64,000 nucleotides of DNA, taken from the NCBI GenBank assembly GCA_963835065.1, contig CAWIEK010000053.1:288001-352000 (forward strand), given 5' to 3'. The translations under genes and the position numbers were made by a program. Below the pieces are notes generated by a model. That model saw nothing but the letters and a program-made list of their open reading frames with translations. It had not been told where the DNA came from and did no database searches. The stretch's first letter is position 1, and each line of letters starts with the position of its first letter. Below are positions 50,069-59,229 of the stretch, in pieces. This stretch comes from an uncultured Chthonomonadaceae bacterium (GTDB lineage: Bacteria; Armatimonadota; Chthonomonadetes; Chthonomonadales; Chthonomonadaceae).

Positions 50069-51349
50069 TCAACTCCCATTTGAATACGTTTTTGCGCTTA
50101 ACGCCAGCCCTGCCGCTCGTTGGCCGGACACGAGCGCGCCGTGCAGCGAACTTTGTACCGTGATTTCACCCGCCAGTATCAGGCCGGGAAGCGGCGTTCG
50201 GGCGTCGGGCAGTTTGTCCCAGATGCCGACGGGCTGCGCGAACTGCGCCCAGGTGACGCGGTAAATGCGCAGCAAGCGCCACATATCCGGCTGCGCGTCC
50301 GGGAACTGCGCCCCGATTTCCCGCTTGGCCGCGTCTGCCAGGGCTTCATCCGACAGGTTTGTGTCGCCTAACACCGTCACCGTGAGCAGGTGCTGGCCTT
50401 CCGGCGCATAATGGGGCGCGACGTTGCTCATCATCTGCGCGTTGTTGACCAGGCCATCGGGACTTGTAAACAGCGTCAGCAGTTTCTCGCGGTAGAGCGG
50501 TTCCGGCAGGGCGAAACAAAGCGTGTTGGACACGCGCCACGTCGCAGGCAGATGCAGTCCCGCCAATTGCGCCGCTTTGTCGAACTCGGTCGCCAGAACA
50601 ACCGCATCCGCTTCTACGGTTTCGCCACCCTCCAATTCAATGCCGGACGCGCGCCCATTCTTGTGAATCAATTTACGAACGGAACGGTTCAAATGAATAC
50701 TGTTCGGCGTCATGGTGTCGGCGATCTGCTGCGGCAATCCGCCCATGCCTTTTGCCGGAACCGCTGTTTCCCCTTCCGCCAGCATCTTGAACACAAACGC
50801 GAACATCCGCGAACTGGTTTCCAAACTCTTGTCCAGAAAAATGCCCGCATAAAAGGGACGGATAAAGCGGTCAATAAACTCAGAGGAAAACCCGTATTCG
50901 GTCAGGTACGCGCCCATTGTTTGATCCGGCATGGCGAAAATCTGCTGTACGCTCATGCCTTTCAGCAACAGGGTCAATTTGGCGACCAGAATCTTGTCCT
51001 GCAAGGAGAACAGGGACGAAAACGCGGTTGTCAGGGCTTTTGTTGGCGCGCGCAGAGGATCGGCAATGATCTGCCGCGTGTCGTTCCAGCACACCATTGC
51101 GCCCGGCTGAAACGCGCGCATTTCCAGCGCGTCCAAATTAATTTCCTGCCGTATCGCCGGGTACGCGGTCAACATCACCTGAAAACCCCGATCCAGCAAA
51201 AAGCCGTCTACGGTATCCGTCCGCACCCGCCCGCCCACGCCGTCACTCGCCTCATAAACCTGCGCGCTATGCCCCGCCCGCTGTATCGTTCGCGCGCAGC
51301 ACAGCCCCGCCAACCCGCCGCCCACCACAATGACATTCCTCTGAGCCAT
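50069..51349 (-). CDS. FAD-dependent oxidoreductase (amine oxidase family)
   Basis: GGGLAGL, EASDGVGGRVRTD, DRGFQV, GALVSG. Confidence 0.88.
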   Translation of the reverse strand: MAQRNVIVVGGGLAGLCCARTIQRAGHSAQVYEASDGVGGRVRTDTVDGFLLDRGFQVMLTAYPAIRQEINLDALEMRAFQPGAMVCWNDTRQIIADPLRAPTKALTTAFSSLFSLQDKILVAKLTLLLKGMSVQQIFAMPDQTMGAYLTEYGFSSEFIDRFIRPFYAGIFLDKSLETSSRMFAFVFKMLAEGETAVPAKGMGGLPQQIADTMTPNSIHLNRSVRKLIHKNGRASGIELEGGETVEADAVVLATEFDKAAQLAGLHLPATWRVSNTLCFALPEPLYREKLLTLFTSPDGLVNNAQMMSNVAPHYAPEGQHLLTVTVLGDTNLSDEALADAAKREIGAQFPDAQPDMWRLLRIYRVTWAQFAQPVGIWDKLPDARTPLPGLILAGEITVQSSLHGALVSGQRAAGLALSAKTYSNGS

Positions 51350-51363
51350 GCAAACCTCCAATG

Positions 51364-51525
51364 CAAGAATAAACCACGGGGAACACGGGGAACACGGGGA
51401 GAATAAGGGGAACGAATTCCCACTTTCGCCTTAATTTCCGTTGACTTCGCGTATTTCGTGCTTATTCCCGATTTCCCCTCTGTTTTCCTCCCCGTGTTCC
51501 CCGTGTTCCCCGTGGTTTATTCTTG
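51364..51525. repeat. Element with perfect 38-bp inverted arms ((CACGGGGAA)n)
   Basis: 51364-51401 is the exact reverse complement of 51488-51525; a single arm of the same type lies at 6139-6168. Confidence 0.9.
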
Positions 51526-51529
51526 TGTT

Positions 51530-52870
51530 TTAGAAGCAAGGGGCGAAGAGCCGCCACAGCAAGGCCGGGTGCAGGACGTGGGCGGCGGGGCGCGTGTCGC
51601 CGAGGATTTGCAGCAGGCGGTCGGTCGCGCCGGGGAAGCGTTCCAGGCGACGCGCCAGGGAATTGAACAGCGCGGGCGTTCGGACGACGGTTTGCACCAG
51701 GTCAATGAGCAGGTAGCGGCGGGAAAGTTCCTGCCGCAGCGTGGCATACGGGCGCAGCGCGTTGCGAGACATATCGCCTGCCCGCAGCGCGGAATGGGCC
51801 ACTTCCGCCGCAAGCTGCGCGCCGCGCAGGCAGAAGTAAACGCCCTCGCCCGTAAACGGGTCAATAAACGTGGCCGCGTCTCCCACGAGCAGCGCGCCGT
51901 CGGCAAACGTGGAATGGGAGCGATGCCCGAAACAGCCCACAGCGCGAACATGAGGCTTGCGCGTGGCAACCGACAGCCGCGCCGCGAGATCGGGGAAATG
52001 CGCGTTTAAGGTCTGCTCGATCCATTCGTCCGCGCGTCCTGCCAATTGTGGCGCGTAAGAATTGGGAACCACAAAGGTTGTATTGGCGCAGGCGTTATTG
52101 TCGCTCTGGCTGCTATGATGGTCGCCGGGAAAGCCCAGGCCACAGACTAATGGCCCATGCGTTCGCATTTCAATGGTGTCGCGGCTGCCGCTGAAATCGC
52201 CGCGCCAGTGCGCAACGAGCGCGATCCGCTGCAAGCGTGGAATGGGTTTTACCAGATTCAGTTGACGGGCAACAAGAGAGTGCGCTCCATCCGCGCCGAC
52301 AACAAGCCGCGCCTTTAATGTACGCGATTCGCCCCCGCTGTTTTTGCCTGTCACGCCCGTCACGCTTCCATCATCATTCCGGCACAACTCGCGAACCGCA
52401 AACCCTTCCTCCACAATCACGCCTTTGTCCCGCGCGTGTTGGAGCAGGAGGGAGTCCAAAACGGTACGGCGCAGGGCATATCCTGCCGGCCCGCCCTCCA
52501 ACGGCGCGTGTTCCACCTGCCGTCCATCTGGCGCAACCAGAAGCGTCGCCCGCACTTCTCTCATCCCCTGTTCGCGCAGGGTTTCCCAAACACCAAGCTG
52601 CCGCAGCAAATGCGCCGCTTGGGGCGTTAAAAACTCGCCACACGCTTTATCTCGCGGAAAACGCGCCCGGTCCAGCAAGGCCACGCTCCATCCCGCTTCT
52701 GCCAGCCATGCCGCCGTCGCCGCCCCCGCCGGCCCGCCGCCAACGATAATCACATCAAAGGATGAAGGATGAAGGATGAAGGATAAAGGATGAGGATTTT
52801 CGATTTTCGATTGTCGATTGCCGATTGAATTTAGTGAATTGTTCATAGCGCCATCATGCTGTACCGGCAT
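51530..52870 (-). CDS. FAD-dependent monooxygenase / geranylgeranyl-reductase family protein
   Basis: GGGPAG, FPRDKACGE, GADG, GDAATFIDPFTGEG; repeat-derived N-terminus, start uncertain. Confidence 0.88.
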   Translation of the reverse strand: MPVQHDGAMNNSLNSIGNRQSKIENPHPLSFILHPSSFDVIIVGGGPAGAATAAWLAEAGWSVALLDRARFPRDKACGEFLTPQAAHLLRQLGVWETLREQGMREVRATLLVAPDGRQVEHAPLEGGPAGYALRRTVLDSLLLQHARDKGVIVEEGFAVRELCRNDDGSVTGVTGKNSGGESRTLKARLVVGADGAHSLVARQLNLVKPIPRLQRIALVAHWRGDFSGSRDTIEMRTHGPLVCGLGFPGDHHSSQSDNNACANTTFVVPNSYAPQLAGRADEWIEQTLNAHFPDLAARLSVATRKPHVRAVGCFGHRSHSTFADGALLVGDAATFIDPFTGEGVYFCLRGAQLAAEVAHSALRAGDMSRNALRPYATLRQELSRRYLLIDLVQTVVRTPALFNSLARRLERFPGATDRLLQILGDTRPAAHVLHPALLWRLFAPCF

Positions 52871-53662
52871 CTTCTGTCTTCTGTCTTCTGTCTTCTGCCT
52901 TTTCTCTTATAAGCGCCACGCGATAAAACAGGCTGCGCTTTAACTGCACTTCCTGCCCGACTGTCAGGCCGAGGGCGCGGGGCATGGCTTCGTATTCTTG
53001 GAGCGAATAGGCGCGCAAAACTGAGGCGGGCGCGTCGTGGCGCGTCAGGCGATTGACGCCCGCAACCGAAGTGACAAGCCGTATCAGATGCCAGGCTGAC
53101 CATGCGCGGCGCAGATCGTTGACGAGCCAGCCGCGCCGGGACACGCGCTCCATTTCGCGCAGGGCGTCCACGCACCGCGCCATTCCCCAATGGTGAAACG
53201 CAAGCGAACACAGCGCGTAATCGAACGCATTGTCCGCAACGGCAACTGAAACGCATCGCCGCGCATCAGGCGAATCGGAGTTAGATGCCCCACCTGTTCC
53301 CGCGCATAGCGTAAAATCGGCGGGCTGTAATCCAGGCCTACGATTTGGACAGGCACATCAAGTTTTCGGGCCATGTTGAGGAGCGAGTGAGGGATGTCGC
53401 CCGAACCGGTCGCCACATCCAGAAAGCGCAGGGGTTCGGCATCGCGCGTTGGGTCGCGCTTTTCCCGTTCCAGCCAGATACGCGCCTGCCGCGCAACCAC
53501 GACCGTGCCGCCCAGAAAGCGGTTGGCGCGGCGCACGTCGGACATGCTGGCGCGAAAATCCGCATACGGCTGCGCGTCATCGTCAATCAGCTCGGCAACA
53601 TCTATGCGCGGCGGCGTGTCCCAGGCAAGCAGCCTGTCCAATAGCAAGGGCAATGCCTCCAA
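52854..53662 (-). CDS. Class I SAM-dependent methyltransferase; frameshifted near 53238
   Basis: LDVATGSGD; adding one T gives LPFADNAFDYALCSLAFHH; VNDLRR, THD-like SVLRAYS region. Confidence 0.85.
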
Positions 53663-53668
53663 TCAAGA

Positions 53669-53800
53669 GGGGTGTTCAGGTGTTCAGGTGTTCGGATGTT
53701 CAGGATATACAAAATCACCCAAGTTTACCTTAGCGCACAACGCTCTCAGTCGAACATCCGAACACCCGAACACCTGAACACCTGAATACCCGAACACCTG
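53669..53800. repeat. Inverted repeat element (CAGGTGTT)n...(AACACCYG)n
   Basis: Direct reading; core related to that of 39942-40066. Confidence 0.85.
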
Positions 53801-54007
53801 CCTAACCTATAGCACGCGCAGGGGAACGTTTCCGTTCCAAACCCGGCTACCGGGCTGGATGCTGCCGGACGGACATAGCATCCAAACTGACATTTAACTC
53901 CAACGCGCCGGTATTTACGGCAGGAAAAGGCGGCGATGTTCCCGACCGGGTAAAATATTTTGAAAAAAATGCGTGGATTTTGCGCATTTCTCCCAAAACT
54001 ACGCGAT

Positions 54008-54025
54008 TTGGCATGGATTATGCAA
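54008..54025 (+). promoter_or_regulatory. Putative sigma54 promoter
   Basis: TTGGCATGGATTATGCAA: GG-N10-GC, upstream of a PEP-CTERM gene. Confidence 0.65.
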
Positions 54026-54422
54026 TATACTTACTAACAGCGCGTTGCAGATTCCGGCTGTCGCGTGTGGGATGTGTTTTGAACATTTGGAAATTGATGT
54101 TTGCGGATGCGGGAACAAGCGGACAGTTTTACTCGTCGGACGCAGGCCGTCAATTTCTCAGTCGCAGTTTCTTTAGCGTTGTTTCCAATGTCGTCGTAAC
54201 TCTAAAGGAGTCTGCGTCTTTTCCCTGTCCCTAAGTGGACTGTCGCAGTCGTGACAGGTGTGTTTCTCACCATTTTGCATGGCTGCTCCGTCGGCGAACG
54301 GCGATTAAAAAGCCGATGCCATGCAGAACTTGTTTGACAAAGCAGTAATTATTTCCAACTGATCCGAACATGAGGTCGGGTCCTGTCTCGCAGTCTTGCA
54401 CTTGAGACGAAAGGGTTTTTGA

Positions 54423-55076
54423 ATGAAAGTACGTAATTTGTTTGTACCCGTAGTAGCGGGCCTCTTGCTGAGTGGCGCTGCCGTGAGCCAGGCTCAGACG
54501 TTCACCTTCTCGACCAGTAACACTGCGGCGAGTGTCGGCACAGCTCCCAATGGTGGCACAACCGTAACCTTCCCGGGGTCGGCTTCCGTTTTCGGCACGG
54601 GCGATGCAACGGCTTTCTTCCTTGACACGCCCGGTGGCGGCACTACTACGGCCCAGACTCCCACCAACATCCGGGTGTTCACCATTACGCCGGAGGGCAC
54701 GACGGGGACGGCCGCGTTCAACGATACGTTTAATCTCGCCGTCACCCTCTTGTCAGACAGCGGCACGGGCGTTTTCAACTTCACAGGCCTGAATTTTCAG
54801 GGTACGCTCGACAACACAGGTAACCGAGCTGACAACGTGTTCTTCAGCAACGTTCCGAACAACATCATCTCGCAGAACCTGGGTGGCGTTATATACTCCG
54901 TTCAGCTCATCGGCAATACGCCTCCCGGCATTTCCGGGAATAACACGTCTGACGGCACCATTGCCGCGCGCGTAACCGCGGTTGCCGTACCTGAGCCGGG
55001 CAGCGTCGCTCTGATGATCGGCATGGGCATCAGTGGCAGCGCGTTCGTAATGCGCCGCCGCCGCGCCGTCAAATAG
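54423..55076 (+). CDS. PEP-CTERM sorting domain protein
   Basis: Signal peptide; VPEPGS + TM + RRRR. Confidence 0.93.
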   Translation: MKVRNLFVPVVAGLLLSGAAVSQAQTFTFSTSNTAASVGTAPNGGTTVTFPGSASVFGTGDATAFFLDTPGGGTTTAQTPTNIRVFTITPEGTTGTAAFNDTFNLAVTLLSDSGTGVFNFTGLNFQGTLDNTGNRADNVFFSNVPNNIISQNLGGVIYSVQLIGNTPPGISGNNTSDGTIAARVTAVAVPEPGSVALMIGMGISGSAFVMRRRRAVK

Positions 55077-55129
55077 GTTCCTTACGTTATTGTTCTTTGG
55101 CAGCAAAGAATAATCGCCTCGGAACTTTC

Positions 55130-55165
55130 ACTCCTCCCTTCGGCAACGCGGGGAGGAGTTTTTTT
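55130..55165 (+). terminator. Rho-independent terminator
   Basis: ACTCCTCCC...GGGAGGAGT followed by a T tract. Confidence 0.8.
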
Positions 55166-55333
55166 ATTTGATTCTGCTTCTAACATTCCGCAAAATGAAC
55201 TTATTTCTTTCTTGATGTGTTATGTTGTCCATAGCATCAGCGTTCAGGAGCAATCCGAAGCAAATGCCTGTAGAAGCCGCCGCCGAACAATGTCGTTGGA
55301 GCAGCGCAATAGAACACATAAGGAGCAGGAAAC

Positions 55334-55549
55334 ATGTGGCATCAAATCGCAGAGGACAATACCGAGGAAGTGTATCTCGCGGGCGAGAAAGTTCTGCCCG
55401 GACTGTACCGGCAGGTTGGCAGTATGCGCGAAGTTCGTCTGGAAACGGAAGATTGTTTGCCCGCCAGCCTGGATGGGCGCGTGGCCTGCTATATGCGGGT
55501 CAATCATACCTGGGCGCAACGGACGCGCCAACATACGCAACGCGCCTAA
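55334..55549 (+). CDS. Small hypothetical protein (71 aa)
   Basis: AGGAG RBS; protein-like composition (YLAGEKVLPGLYRQ...LPASLDGRVACY). Confidence 0.6.
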   Translation: MWHQIAEDNTEEVYLAGEKVLPGLYRQVGSMREVRLETEDCLPASLDGRVACYMRVNHTWAQRTRQHTQRA

Positions 55550-55570
55550 TCCCTGTACTCCCGTTTCGCA

Positions 55571-56882
55571 TCAGTTCAGCAGCAGAACTTGAACGCGCTG
55601 TCCCTTGCGTATTTCCTCTGCCTCTTCGGGAACGATGAGCAGGGAATTAGCGAGGGACAGCGCCTGCAAATTGGCCGAACTGCGCCCGGCAAGCGGTTGC
55701 GTCAGATAGCGCCCGTCCTTCCATTCCGTTCGGGCGCGGACGTATTCTCGCCTGCCGGGAATGTGCGCGATGGTTTCGGTGATTTCCGCTTCAACTTGCG
55801 GGCGCTGCCAGGTTTCCGCTGCCCGCCCCGCCATTTTTGCCAGCGCAGGGCGCGCGAATAATTCAAACGTCACCTGCGCGGATACGGGGTTGCCGGGCAA
55901 TCCAAAAAACAGCGCGTTGCCGATGCGCCCAAACGCAAGCGGCTTGCCCGGTTTCATCGCCACGCGCCACAATTCCAATGTGCCGAGTGTTTCCAGCGCG
56001 GGCTTAACAAAATCCCGGTCGCCAACGGAAACCCCGCCCGCCGTAACAATCACATCCGCTCCATCCTCGTTCCCTGCTCCTGCGCCACCCACCTGGCTTC
56101 CACCTGTTTCCATTCCCTGCGCTTTGTCGGCATCCGCTCGCAGGCCCGCGCACTCGCGCAACACAGCCAGCGTAGCCTCGAAATCGTCTTTCACATGCCG
56201 CCGGGAATGAACTTCCGCGCCACACTCGCGCGCCAGCGCGGCAAGCGCATAACTGTTGCTGTTGCGAATCTGGCCCGGTTTGGGAATCGTTCCCTGCTCC
56301 AACTCCACAACCTCATCCCCGGTAGAGATTACGGCAACGCGCGGCAGGCGCACAACTTGAACATTTGCGCGTCCCATCGAAGCCAACAATCCGATCTGCG
56401 CCGCGCCAATGCGCGTTCCCGCTTCCAACACCCGCTCACCGGCGCGTATGTCCTCGCCCGCATACCGCGCATGCTCCCCTGCCCCCACCCCGCAACGCAT
56501 AGCAATTCGTTCTGCATTTTCTGCTTGAACCGTTGCCGTATCTTCCACCATGATGACCGCGTTGGCTCCGCGTGGCAGGGGAGCGCCCGTCATAATGCGC
56601 GCGCACTCGCCCGGTTCCACAACGATCTTCGGCCACACGCCCGCCATGATTTCCGCCACGCACGTCAGGACAACCGGCGTTGCTGCGCTTGCGCCCTCCA
56701 CATCTTCGCTGCGAACCGCATACCCATCAACAGCCGAATTGTCAAACGGCGGCTGTGGGAATGTCCGCAACAATGTCTTCGGCCAATGTCCGGCCCAGGC
56801 TGTCCAGCAGGGACACGGTTTCGGCTGGCAATACGGGCGTCGCCGCCAAAATCTGCGCAAGCGCTTGTTCTACTGTTACCAA
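55571..56882 (-). CDS. moeA: Molybdopterin molybdenumtransferase; frameshifted near 56758
   Basis: PPFDNSAVDGYA, IMTGA, STGDE, GGVSVG, MKPGKP, LPGNP; the N-terminus (TTG)VTVEQAL...GRTLAEDIVADI is in another frame. Confidence 0.93.
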
Positions 56883-56931
56883 TTAGAGTGTTTTTCCTTT
56901 AAGAACAGGGTTAAGAAACTTTCAAAACACC

Positions 56932-56962
56932 GCAAGCCTCCCGCATGATACGGAAGGCTTGC
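56932..56962. terminator. Hairpin, probable terminator
   Basis: GCAAGCCT...AGGCTTGC stem. Confidence 0.5.
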
Positions 56963-57028
56963 TATTTGCTTATGTGAGGCATAAAAAATGTGGTTGCCGC
57001 TTACGTAAGAGCGTTGGGAGACAAGTCT

Positions 57029-57496
57029 TTATCCAGATTGGTCAGGTGGCTCAACCTGTGCAAGTGACTGCACATCCAGCAAGTCTTGTGGACGCCCTGC
57101 TGCCTACTTGGATGCGATCAAGTCACGCCGCGAGATAAATGGAATTCGCATACCGCCGAAGTCGGCTTCTTCTCGCCGCTCCCACGCCTCCGCGAACGCC
57201 ACACCGGGTATGCCCATCAGCACGTCTACCCGCAACGGCGGCACACCCATCTGGTAGAAGTAGCCGTCTTCGGCAAAATCCTGCTCTGTCAACCCTTTTA
57301 GCGGAGCGCCGAATGCGCGCAGCGCCTGGAAGACAGCGCGGGCATTGTCTGCATCTGCGCGTACCCACAGATCAAGGTCTTTGGTATAGCGCGGCTCTGT
57401 GTAGCGAATAACCGCATAGCCGCCAATGACAAGATAGTCAACGTGGTAAGCGTTGAAAAGATTCAACAGATCGCTGAATTCGGAGTTGACCCACAT
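57029..57496 (-). pseudogene. Nucleotidyltransferase (DUF6036-like) interrupted by an in-frame TAG at 57104-57106
   Basis: IGGYAV, PRYTKDLD; read-through gives DLIASK*AAGRPQDLLD and ends at TAA 57029-57031. Confidence 0.7.
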
Positions 57497-57644
57497 CGCT
57501 TCCCTTCATTTGCCAAGCCATGACCACCAGTTCCCAAGCAGCAGCAAACCGAGCCGCTTCCGGTTGTGCCTGCCAAAAGTTCAAATCAAAGGAACGGTCG
57601 AGTTCTTCCAGCCTGCCGAAACGTTCAACAAACCCGGCCCTCAT
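57438..57644 (-). CDS. Small partner protein upstream of the nucleotidyltransferase
   Basis: FDLNFWQAQ..ARFAAAWEL motif; overlaps the NTase start. Confidence 0.65.
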   Translation of the reverse strand: MRAGFVERFGRLEELDRSFDLNFWQAQPEAARFAAAWELVVMAWQMKGSDVGQLRIQRSVESFQRLPR

Positions 57645-57747
57645 TCTTGTCGTCTCCTGCGCAAATTACGCCTCATTTGCGCCGCTCATCCGCTTATATG
57701 GGCGGCGCAAATATTTATGCCGGTGGTATTTTCATGGTAACGCAGCC

Positions 57748-59091
57748 TCAGCCGAAAAGTTCGCGGATTACGCTGCCGTCGTTGGCGAGTTTGATGGGGC
57801 GTCCGGTGGGCGTGACGTATTCCTTGTTGGGGTCGAGGCCGACGGAATGGTACAGGCTGGCGGCAATGTCTTCGACATGCACGATGCGCGAAGCCGGTCC
57901 CATGCCCCGCTCGTCCGTGCTGCCGACAACCTGCCCGCCCTTCACGCCGCCGCCCGCCATGACAACCGACATCGCGTTGGGCCAGTGGTCGCGGCCCTGA
58001 TTCATGTTCAGTTCCGGCGTCCTCCCGAACTCGCCCATCCAGACAACCAGCGTCGTGTCCAGCATCCCCCGGTCGTGCAGGTCGCGCAATAGTGTTGCAA
58101 AACCTTGATCCAGCGAGGGCAGCATCCCGTTTTGCAGGCTTGGGAAGACGTTCGTGTGCATGTCCCACCCGCCCAGGGTGATGTTGACGAAGCGAACGCC
58201 CGATTCGATCAAGCGCCGCGCCAGCAGGCAGGATTGCCCGAAGCCGTTGCGCCCATACTCGTCGCGCAGTTTGGCGTCTTCCTTGCCCAGTTCAAACGCC
58301 TCGTGCGCGGCCTTGCTCGTGACCATGCCATACGCGCGGTCCGTGAACGTATCCATACTCTTGACCGCGTCGCTTTTGGCGTTTTTCAGGCTGTCAATCG
58401 CGCCGAGCAGACGGCGGCGGCGATCCAAACGCGCAACGGAAACGCCATTGGGCAGTTGAATGTCGCCCACCTGGTAGTTCGGGTCGCCGGGGTTGCCCGC
58501 ATAGAAAGCGTTGTAGGAGCCGCCCAAAAAGCCCGCGCCCTGTCCGTTCGCGCCGCCGAGCAGGCCGACATACGCGGGCAGGTTGTTTTGCGCGCCCTTT
58601 TCCCGCGAAATCACGGAGCCGTAGGAGGGGTATTCCAGCGTGGGCAGGGGCAGGTAGCCCGTCTGCATGTAGTGTTCCGCCCGCTCATGCGCGCCGTCAC
58701 CGTGCGACACGCTGCGCAGAATCGCCATTTTGTCCATCTGCCGCGCCAGTTTGGGCAAATGCTCACCAATGAAAATGCCCGGCACATTCGTTTCCGTCGC
58801 CTCGAACGGACCTTTGATTTTCACATCGGCTTTGGGCTTGGGGTCAAATGTATCCACGTGGCTAGGCCCGCCGCCCATCCACAGCATAATGACCGAAACT
58901 TCTTTGGCTTGCCGCTTGCCGCCTGTCGCTGGCCGATTGGTTTCTGCCGCATGGGCTTTGAGCGCGAGGAACTCCGGCAGGGCCATGCCCAAAAAGCCCA
59001 CCGCGCCAACCTTGATCATGTCTCGGCGCGTCACGCCGTCGCAAGTGCTGTCGAGATACGAACCAAACTGACGCAGTTCTTTGTTGTCCAT
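57748..59091 (-). CDS. DUF1501 family protein
   Basis: Tat-like TRRDMIK; GGGPSHVDTFDPKP; GWDMH; GEFGRTP; GRDHW. Confidence 0.92.
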   Translation of the reverse strand: MDNKELRQFGSYLDSTCDGVTRRDMIKVGAVGFLGMALPEFLALKAHAAETNRPATGGKRQAKEVSVIMLWMGGGPSHVDTFDPKPKADVKIKGPFEATETNVPGIFIGEHLPKLARQMDKMAILRSVSHGDGAHERAEHYMQTGYLPLPTLEYPSYGSVISREKGAQNNLPAYVGLLGGANGQGAGFLGGSYNAFYAGNPGDPNYQVGDIQLPNGVSVARLDRRRRLLGAIDSLKNAKSDAVKSMDTFTDRAYGMVTSKAAHEAFELGKEDAKLRDEYGRNGFGQSCLLARRLIESGVRFVNITLGGWDMHTNVFPSLQNGMLPSLDQGFATLLRDLHDRGMLDTTLVVWMGEFGRTPELNMNQGRDHWPNAMSVVMAGGGVKGGQVVGSTDERGMGPASRIVHVEDIAASLYHSVGLDPNKEYVTPTGRPIKLANDGSVIRELFG

Positions 59092-59103
59092 GGAGGTCTC
59101 CGA

Positions 59104-59226
59104 AGTAGTCAGTAGTCAGTAGTCAGTAGTCAGTAGAGATGCCTGCTCATTCAAAGCCTTGTGCAGAGCGATAGAATGAATAGGAATGGAATTTCTACTG
59201 ACTACTGACTACTGACTACTGACTAC
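59104..59226. repeat. Inverted heptamer element (AGTAGTC)n...(GACTACT)n
   Basis: Core homologous to that of 24564-24675 in reverse orientation. Confidence 0.85.
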
Positions 59227-59229
59227 CTC

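Noticed and set aside
57104..57106. Pyrrolysine or amber recoding
   Set aside because: TAG is used as a normal stop in many genes here and no pyl genes are present.
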